Positions 57,329-64,000 of a DNA stretch of 64,000 nucleotides are shown here, one piece after another. The stretch lies in contig OY771587.1 of the NCBI GenBank assembly GCA_963674825.1, positions 2,080,001-2,144,000 of the forward strand, read 5' to 3'. Numbering within the stretch: the stretch's first letter is position 1; each line of letters opens with the position of its first letter. The notes under the pieces were generated by a model. The model ran no database searches, was not told the DNA's origin, and saw only the letters and a program-made list of their open reading frames with translations. The translations under genes were made by a program, and so were the position numbers. This DNA comes from Candidatus Cloacimonadales bacterium. Lineage in GTDB: Bacteria; Cloacimonadota; Cloacimonadia; Cloacimonadales; JAIOQZ01.

Positions 57329-60300
57329 CTACTTAATCATAATCGCACGTTTGACCAGCTTCTGGCCTTCGGATTCCATCACGAACAGATATACACCTGA
57401 ACCAGCGTTCTTGCCGTTATCTGTGTCACCGTGCCAGGTCATGTTGTGATATCCACCGTCGAGTACTTCGTTAGCGAGCCGCTTCACGCGCTGACCGCGG
57501 ATGTTGTACACATCGATCGAAACATGGCTGCGGTTCGGGATAGAGAAGCGGATATTGGCATCCGGATTGAACGGATTAGGATAGATCGAATCGATCGTGG
57601 GAAGGCTCGGCGCATTGCCGGGCTGTTCATCGCCAATCTCGTTATAGAATTCCACAAAGACCAGGTTCTGGAACATCTCGTAGATGAACAGCACTTCGGT
57701 GTTGTCCTGTGTGATGTTGAGCTGAAGATTGCCGGATGTGCTCTGATCCCAGTTATTGTTGAGCACGATCTTGAATTCGTAATTACCCTGCGGTATCGCG
57801 ATCTTGCGTGAGAATTGTCCATCTCCTGCATTCTGATCACCGTCTGTTCCATCATCGTTCAGGTAGGTGAGAGTAGTGGCCTGATCCCAGTCGGTTCCAC
57901 CGATCTCAGATAGGAAATCACCCACGACGCAGGGAGGATTCAAACTGTGACAGACGTATTCGTCGCCAGATTTTTCTTCCGGCATCAGGCCGCAGTTTGC
58001 CCAGAAAGTAACGACCGTCTCTTCATCGAGTGTGAAGGTCTGGTTCTCGCCAGGCCAGTCGTTATCGTTCCACTCGTCGGTCTCGATGACCTTATACTCG
58101 TACGTACCAGCAGGGAGCAGCGCAGATAATGACCACATACCATTGGCTGGTACCAGATCGAAGTAGTGATCGTCCGGTGTCCAGCTGTTCATGGTTCCCA
58201 CCAGATGCGGTTTGATCATGGTAGTGAATACAGCCTCGTTATCGCCGGTCTGAATGGTGTTTCCGTTCATGTCTTCCACGCCTGTAACCACTACGTGGCC
58301 GGTTTCGGTATCCAGCAGCGGCCCATCGACCGTAAGGATGACCTTGCGGTTGTGGGTCAGCATGGCATCAAGGATCTCGAAATCCGAGCTGAAGCCTTCA
58401 AGCGCGTAGTTTTCGATATTTTCGGCAGTTGCCTGGTTTACGTCTTCGCTGAAGATTATATTGAGCTGGTTATAGAACGCGTAGTAGGCAGCTCCGTTCA
58501 CGATGGTCGGTGTGATATCGTCACCAAGTTGGTCCGCGAGATCGTCCAGTTCAACAACCTTGTTGTAGTAGTCGTCGTACGGATCGGAAGTGTAACCGGC
58601 GTAAAGCAGGAAGCGGAATGTTCCGCCGCCTACGATCTCGTCACCCATGACCAGCGTACCTTCGAAGGTACCATTGTGTGAACCACCGGCAGAACCCAGT
58701 ACGTAGGCCGCGGTTGCGCCGGTTGCGCTGTTGCGACGTCCCGCGTATGCGCCGTTATCGCCCCACATGCGCTGAAGATGTGATTTTCCCGACCAGATCA
58801 GGTCAAGGAGATCTGGGGTCCAGCCGGATTTGACGTAGACATCGCCAGAGGCGACGCTGTAGGTCACATCGAGGTAATCGGTACCGGTCTGAAGAACGCA
58901 GGTGCGCGATACATCTTCGTGGCTGAATTCGACGATCAATTCGTCTCCGCTGCCCTGTACGATGTTCATATCGTAGATGCTGTGCTGATAATTCGGCGAA
59001 ACATCCGAGAATGCTGCAACGTGATTGCTTGAACCTTCGTTATAGTCACCGTCCGTCTCTGAGTAATATACGACATCGGAGCCGACAATCGAGCAAATGT
59101 TGCCGGTATTGTTTTTAGCGTACATCCACTGCGCGCGTCCGCCGATTGATTCGAAGACGACGAAGATCTTGTCGTTGTGCATGACCAGCTCGTCCACGCC
59201 GTCGCGATCGATATCGGAGAAATAAGCAGCGGTTGTTTCCTGGTAGTCTCCATTTGCCCAGCGTGCGGCTTCGGCATAGACGTTCGCGTTTTTCATATGC
59301 GCGGAGTAGCGGTGTTCCCAGTCCGCGATTTCCCCGCTGGTATGCCATGCGGTTTCATGCAGATTGATCATCAAAACATACCATGCGAGTTGTGAGAGTC
59401 CATTGTCGGGTGCGGACATGATGTTCTCCCAGGCGTTGTTCCATACGTAACCATAAGTCCAGGGAGTATCGTGGTAATCTGAGTGGGAAGCTGTTCCAGC
59501 CCAGTTTGTATACCAGGAATTATTACTTCCGCCGTAGCCGTCACCACCGCCGCAAAGGCCGTAGGTTCCGGGGGTGATATCGATTCCGGTTCCATTGAAA
59601 TCAGCGTTGTTGATAGCGGAATCGAGCGCCCAGACGTTCACGGCCGGGTAGTTGTCATTGCAATACCAGAGCACGCTTTCGTAGTTGTCGAGGAAAAAGC
59701 TGTCGTGGTGCTCGTTCATCTCGGCTGCCACTTCCCAGTCGGTACCGTAAGTGCAGATGTTATATTGGCCTGTACTGTTGATGTAATTCATGGCACCGCT
59801 GGCGTCGTAGTGCATGTAGCCGACGAACGAGTTATCGATCGGGATGGCGCGCAAAACGATGCCCTGATCGTTGTTCATCCAGTGGATCTTTTTATTGTCG
59901 CCAGTCCATAGGTGTGGATTGTCGTCGAGGATCACGGCGTTGATGCCGTGCTGGGTCCAGTTGTCACCGAGCCAGTCGATAACGCCGGCTTCAGGGTATT
60001 GTCCCGGGTTGAGCCAGACGCGTTCCGGCACCCAGGCAACGTGGGGTTCGTAACCGTAGCGGTAGGCGACCATATCGCTTTCGACGGACACGGACCAGTT
60101 ATTCATATCGTTCTGGACAAAAGGCATGATGTGTTGACCAAGCGCGGATGACAGCATGGCGCAATAGCCGTCCTGCACACCGCTGGCAAGCCAATCGTTA
60201 AATTCAGGATTGTGCCAGGCTGCTGCCGGCATGAGGGTGCCGGACATATGGAAGTTACCGGGGATACCAGTTGCCTGATGCACTTCGAGCACCTCATCGA

Positions 60301-60904
60301 AGCCGCTGGTTTCCTGCGGATACTGTCCGTAGAATACTTCCGTGTAGGTAAGACCCTGGTTTCCGTGGTGAACGAAGGCGCAATTACCACCGCGCGAACC
60401 TTCGCGGCCGTTTTCGGTAAGCGGATCCGTGAAGCTCTCGATGATTTGCTCATTCTGCACAACCTCGCAGTCGAAACGGATCTCGTCGATGGAGGGCGCC
60501 CCATTCCAGGGCATTGCGAATTCGATCATGTTGCTCTGGGGTGAGCGCAGGGAGGTCATTTGGCCGCTGCGTTGGGAAATCGGTGCGAGGCCAATGCTGT
60601 AGACCTGACGTGTACCATTCTGGCTTATATAGAGATTCATGCTGGCGTCAGTATTGCTGAAGGCATCTCCCGTTACACGGTTGTCCTTGCGGAGTGTCAT
60701 GTCGGTGAATGTGACGCGGTAGAAGAGTTGTCCGTCCTCGATACGGGCATAGGTCGAGGATATATCGGCGAAGTCGGCGTCTCCCACCTGATCGAATCCG
60801 ATAAAGTCGTCGATCGACCAGCTTTTGGGATCGCCACTCAGTTGCATCGCGAAAATAGGCAGCATTGCCGTGGCGATGATGAGAATCCATATTGCTTTTT
60901 TCAT
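57329..60904 (-). CDS. Secreted GH57-like glycoside hydrolase with Ig-like and starch-binding/pullulanase-associated-like domains and FlgD-Ig/T9SS-like C-terminal domain
   Basis: HHGNQ (H.HQ-like), WVPERVW (nucleophile region), YGTDWE (acid/base region); 'VGTMNSW.P...GTYEYKV' twice-like; YPNPFNP tail. Confidence 0.7.
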   Translation of the reverse strand: MKKAIWILIIATAMLPIFAMQLSGDPKSWSIDDFIGFDQVGDADFADISSTYARIEDGQLFYRVTFTDMTLRKDNRVTGDAFSNTDASMNLYISQNGTRQVYSIGLAPISQRSGQMTSLRSPQSNMIEFAMPWNGAPSIDEIRFDCEVVQNEQIIESFTDPLTENGREGSRGGNCAFVHHGNQGLTYTEVFYGQYPQETSGFDEVLEVHQATGIPGNFHMSGTLMPAAAWHNPEFNDWLASGVQDGYCAMLSSALGQHIMPFVQNDMNNWSVSVESDMVAYRYGYEPHVAWVPERVWLNPGQYPEAGVIDWLGDNWTQHGINAVILDDNPHLWTGDNKKIHWMNNDQGIVLRAIPIDNSFVGYMHYDASGAMNYINSTGQYNICTYGTDWEVAAEMNEHHDSFFLDNYESVLWYCNDNYPAVNVWALDSAINNADFNGTGIDITPGTYGLCGGGDGYGGSNNSWYTNWAGTASHSDYHDTPWTYGYVWNNAWENIMSAPDNGLSQLAWYVLMINLHETAWHTSGEIADWEHRYSAHMKNANVYAEAARWANGDYQETTAAYFSDIDRDGVDELVMHNDKIFVVFESIGGRAQWMYAKNNTGNICSIVGSDVVYYSETDGDYNEGSSNHVAAFSDVSPNYQHSIYDMNIVQGSGDELIVEFSHEDVSRTCVLQTGTDYLDVTYSVASGDVYVKSGWTPDLLDLIWSGKSHLQRMWGDNGAYAGRRNSATGATAAYVLGSAGGSHNGTFEGTLVMGDEIVGGGTFRFLLYAGYTSDPYDDYYNKVVELDDLADQLGDDITPTIVNGAAYYAFYNQLNIIFSEDVNQATAENIENYALEGFSSDFEILDAMLTHNRKVILTVDGPLLDTETGHVVVTGVEDMNGNTIQTGDNEAVFTTMIKPHLVGTMNSWTPDDHYFDLVPANGMWSLSALLPAGTYEYKVIETDEWNDNDWPGENQTFTLDEETVVTFWANCGLMPEEKSGDEYVCHSLNPPCVVGDFLSEIGGTDWDQATTLTYLNDDGTDGDQNAGDGQFSRKIAIPQGNYEFKIVLNNNWDQSTSGNLQLNITQDNTEVLFIYEMFQNLVFVEFYNEIGDEQPGNAPSLPTIDSIYPNPFNPDANIRFSIPNRSHVSIDVYNIRGQRVKRLANEVLDGGYHNMTWHGDTDNGKNAGSGVYLFVMESEGQKLVKRAIMIK

Positions 60905-61306
60905 GCTTCTATCCTTGAGTGTATTTTCTTACATCATAATATCTACTTCGCAGCAAAAAAATGTCAATGAAAATCGATTCGATTCCCCTACCGGCTCAAT
61001 TACATAGCAGAATCAGAAATCTTAATGGATTTTGAAAATTGACTTGACACGCAAATATCTTTATGTCGGTTTTCAAATATCCTGAACTTGTTATACAACT
61101 GGAACGGTAGGGCAATCCAAAGATATTTATTAGCGAATATTCGCGGTTCTTGTTTACTCCATGGAAACTGTCGGAGCAGAATGTATCTTGTGTGCTTAAC
61201 TGTCAAAATGGTGCTGTTGTCTTAATCTATCGATATTGAATCTACCACTGTGACCAATGAATATCACAAATGATCAATCAATATTCACACGCAAAATGGG
61301 GGAACT

Positions 61307-64000
61307 ATGAAATCCGTTTTATCTATTCTGTTTGTCCTGATCGCCAGCGTATGTTTGGCCCAGGGAGTTCTTGAGATTAATGCTGACACTCAAATTACAG
61401 CAGATGTTGCATACGACCGAGTTGAATTTCGAGGTTCATACACACTTCACGTGATGCCCAATGTGAGCTTGAGTATCTACAATGTTTCGGACGACACCGA
61501 TTATGCTGGAAAGCTTCTTATGGTTAATGGTTCACAGGTATGGGTTCATGATGGTGCTTCTGTGCACATTTACCATACAACGAATGACTATTATGGCGAA
61601 ATCGTGATGGGTATACCTGACCCAGGTGAGCGACTTGCTAACATCAAGAATGATGGTTTCATCGAAACCGAGATCATGCGCAATAATTATGCATATGATA
61701 TCAGAGTCGAGAATCTATCCCAGACAGACGGTATCACCGAAATTGCAAGTTTTCGTACTTCAGGAGGAGCCGGTAACGAATTGTTGATCGTTGCATCGAA
61801 GGTGTATATTACTGAAGACGTACCGGAGAATGGGTTCATGCACTGGGGTATTCAGATTGTCGATCAAGGGGCTTTGCATCTATCACCTGGGATCGAATTC
61901 TGGGGTCCGCACCAGCCGATGGATATCCAAGATGGCGGCGAATTTTACAGCGATCCAGGAGTCGTGTTTCATGTTGCCGAAAACATTAATGTTTATGGAT
62001 TTGCCTATATATCAGGATCGACGTTTAATGAGTTGGGGACAAGCGCAATTATTGCTGAGGATGGTGGTGTTGTCAATATTACTAACTCTACCATAGGATG
62101 TGGGATTGGTGTAGATGAGGGTGGTTCATGCTCTTTTCTGGGTAGTACCTCATTAACGCGTATGAATGTTGATGGGCTTCTGATTGCTGAAGAGTCGACG
62201 ATTGAAGGTACTCTTTCCGTTGGAGGTAGTGCCGAGTTTGCGACACAAAGTGTTCTTAATCTTACGCAGTCGTGTTCAGTTGATGGAACTATATACCTGC
62301 GTGACTCAGATATACACCTTACGTGTGAAATGAACCTGAATACGGGCTCGTTGTTATCTCTGAGTTCGTGTTCGGACGTCCATGTGGAGTATGTCGAAGA
62401 ATGGGTATATGGCTCTCTCATCATGCGTAGTGGCAGCGTGATCGAAGGTAGCACACGCCCGACTACAACGTCACCTGGTGATCGAATTCTTGTAGATCAG
62501 GGCGGATGGTTTGGAACTGAACAAGATCCTGGGATCGCTCCAGTAATCAGGCTAAAAGAAGGCCTTACGTATAACTGGACGGGAATAACAATCAAGACAG
62601 GCGAAGTGCCAAGTGTATACCGGTTTGACAACGCAGATATCTCCGGAATTGAGCAATTCGTCTTCGCCAGTAGACAAAACGCGACTGAGAATGAGGCGTT
62701 GCTTCTTGAGGGCTGCTATTTCCACGACATGGGTGAAGTGCTCATCACAAAATTCGCACGCTGCGATGCTAAGCCACTCAATCTGAATTCAACTACTTTC
62801 GATCAAGTGGAACGAGGTGTTATCGTAGATGAATATTCTAATTTCAAATCTGATGGGTGCATCTATGCAGATTGTGCGAAGGGAGCTATAACGGCATTCA
62901 GATCCACCATCGGTGTTGGAGGGTACTACGAAAATAGCCAATACTACAGGCTTGGAGGAAACCAGTTCTACGGCAATGGTGGTATAGCGGCAATTTCTAC
63001 GTTCTATGAACCGTTAAACATAGATAGCCATTCAGTTATTGCGCGCAATGAAATCGGAAATGCGCTATTGTCCAATACCGGTTCAGGATTGAATTGTGAA
63101 AACTCGGTTGTTTACCTCAACAGCAACAATATAGACTACAACCGGGGGCATGGGTTTATCGGCAAGTCCAACAACGTGGTAGGGATAAGTCGCAACCATT
63201 TCACCAACAATGGCGGTGCGGAGCTCTTCACTGATTTGCGCGACATGATTGGTCTGGAAGATGGGGCTAACAGCATCGTAGATAATACGATCAATCCTAA
63301 CGGAGTACCTCTTCCGGCACCTCCATTGGCGTATGGCTCCTATCGGTATGCTAATTGTGACCTTTATTTCCTCGTACTTACCGATGTTTTCCCCTTCCCG
63401 AGGATGGCAGATGTGAGCGGTAATCAGTTCAATGGTTACTTCGATCCTATCCCGAGTGATCAGCCGCGTTTCTACCCCGATTTCGATTGTTACATCTTTG
63501 GACGGGATTGTTATGAGCTTCTCGATGAGGCTGTTGACCTGTTTAACAGCCAGATGTATTGGGAAGCAGAAGACCTTTTCAAGGAGATCGTTGAAGAATA
63601 TCCTGATTCGTCAGCCGCGATCGCAGCATGTTCATACCTGTTCGATACAAAGTTCTGTACCGACGCAAAATACGAGAAACTTCGTGACTACATGCAGGGT
63701 CTTGAAATTCAGAATTCCAATCGTTGCTATACGGAAGCCCTGAACACGATCTCGCGCTGCTATATGGCTGAGGGACTCTATGCAGAGGCCTTACCGCTTT
63801 ATGAACAGATTATGGATCATCCACAAAATGGTCTCGATTCGCTTTACGCAGCAATAAACGTCGGATATTGCTACTATAAACTATGTACTGACGATGGAGA
63901 AGCTCCAGAAGATTGCTACGTACAAACGGAGACGATCGAAGAGCTCGTGGACTTCATCGCTACCTTGTACATTGGGGAAGAAGAAAAAAAACGTAGTACT
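61307..64000 (+). CDS. Large secreted beta-helix/TPR protein, 3'-partial (runs off the window)
   Basis: Absent from the ORF track, consistent with no stop before the window end; GGGGG RBS, MKSVLSILFVLIASVCLAQ; same frame gives 'AEDLFKEIVEEYPDS' TPR-like text near 63560 and is open at 64000. Confidence 0.8.
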   Translation, partial: MKSVLSILFVLIASVCLAQGVLEINADTQITADVAYDRVEFRGSYTLHVMPNVSLSIYNVSDDTDYAGKLLMVNGSQVWVHDGASVHIYHTTNDYYGEIVMGIPDPGERLANIKNDGFIETEIMRNNYAYDIRVENLSQTDGITEIASFRTSGGAGNELLIVASKVYITEDVPENGFMHWGIQIVDQGALHLSPGIEFWGPHQPMDIQDGGEFYSDPGVVFHVAENINVYGFAYISGSTFNELGTSAIIAEDGGVVNITNSTIGCGIGVDEGGSCSFLGSTSLTRMNVDGLLIAEESTIEGTLSVGGSAEFATQSVLNLTQSCSVDGTIYLRDSDIHLTCEMNLNTGSLLSLSSCSDVHVEYVEEWVYGSLIMRSGSVIEGSTRPTTTSPGDRILVDQGGWFGTEQDPGIAPVIRLKEGLTYNWTGITIKTGEVPSVYRFDNADISGIEQFVFASRQNATENEALLLEGCYFHDMGEVLITKFARCDAKPLNLNSTTFDQVERGVIVDEYSNFKSDGCIYADCAKGAITAFRSTIGVGGYYENSQYYRLGGNQFYGNGGIAAISTFYEPLNIDSHSVIARNEIGNALLSNTGSGLNCENSVVYLNSNNIDYNRGHGFIGKSNNVVGISRNHFTNNGGAELFTDLRDMIGLEDGANSIVDNTINPNGVPLPAPPLAYGSYRYANCDLYFLVLTDVFPFPRMADVSGNQFNGYFDPIPSDQPRFYPDFDCYIFGRDCYELLDEAVDLFNSQMYWEAEDLFKEIVEEYPDSSAAIAACSYLFDTKFCTDAKYEKLRDYMQGLEIQNSNRCYTEALNTISRCYMAEGLYAEALPLYEQIMDHPQNGLDSLYAAINVGYCYYKLCTDDGEAPEDCYVQTETIEELVDFIATLYIGEEEKKRST

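Overview
Bacterial chromosomal window. The many acidic secreted proteins ending in a 'PNPFNPxTTI...G(I/V)Y(F)...K.LLLK' FlgD-Ig/T9SS-type C-terminal domain suggest an FCB-related anaerobe, most likely Candidatus Cloacimonadota (inference only). Contents from left to right: three secreted-protein genes; a eukaryote-type UDP-glucose pyrophosphorylase; a ribosomal S1 gene; an MBOAT/SGNH O-acylation pair; and tRNA-Pro(TGG). A ~16 kb integrase-less island follows, bounded by a 30-bp duplication of the tRNA-Pro 3' end. It holds inverted IS3 remnants, a broken RloC-like gene and an A-B-A'-B' tandem of giant secreted proteins separated by REP-like hairpins. After tRNA-Val(TAC) come two convergent, mirror-image three-gene modules. 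Each has a TPR-repeat sigma54 activator, a sigma54 promoter with a shared GACGAWWTCGTC palindrome, a degenerate stand-alone receiver protein and a giant repeat surface protein. The rest is an EF-hand lipoprotein, an ars/thioredoxin/CcdA operon, several housekeeping membrane and hydrolase genes, a secreted GH57-like enzyme, and a large secreted ORF running off the window end. The best candidate for an undescribed system is the duplicated TPR-bEBP/pseudo-receiver/surface-protein module, whose cis-elements can be read directly from the sequence.
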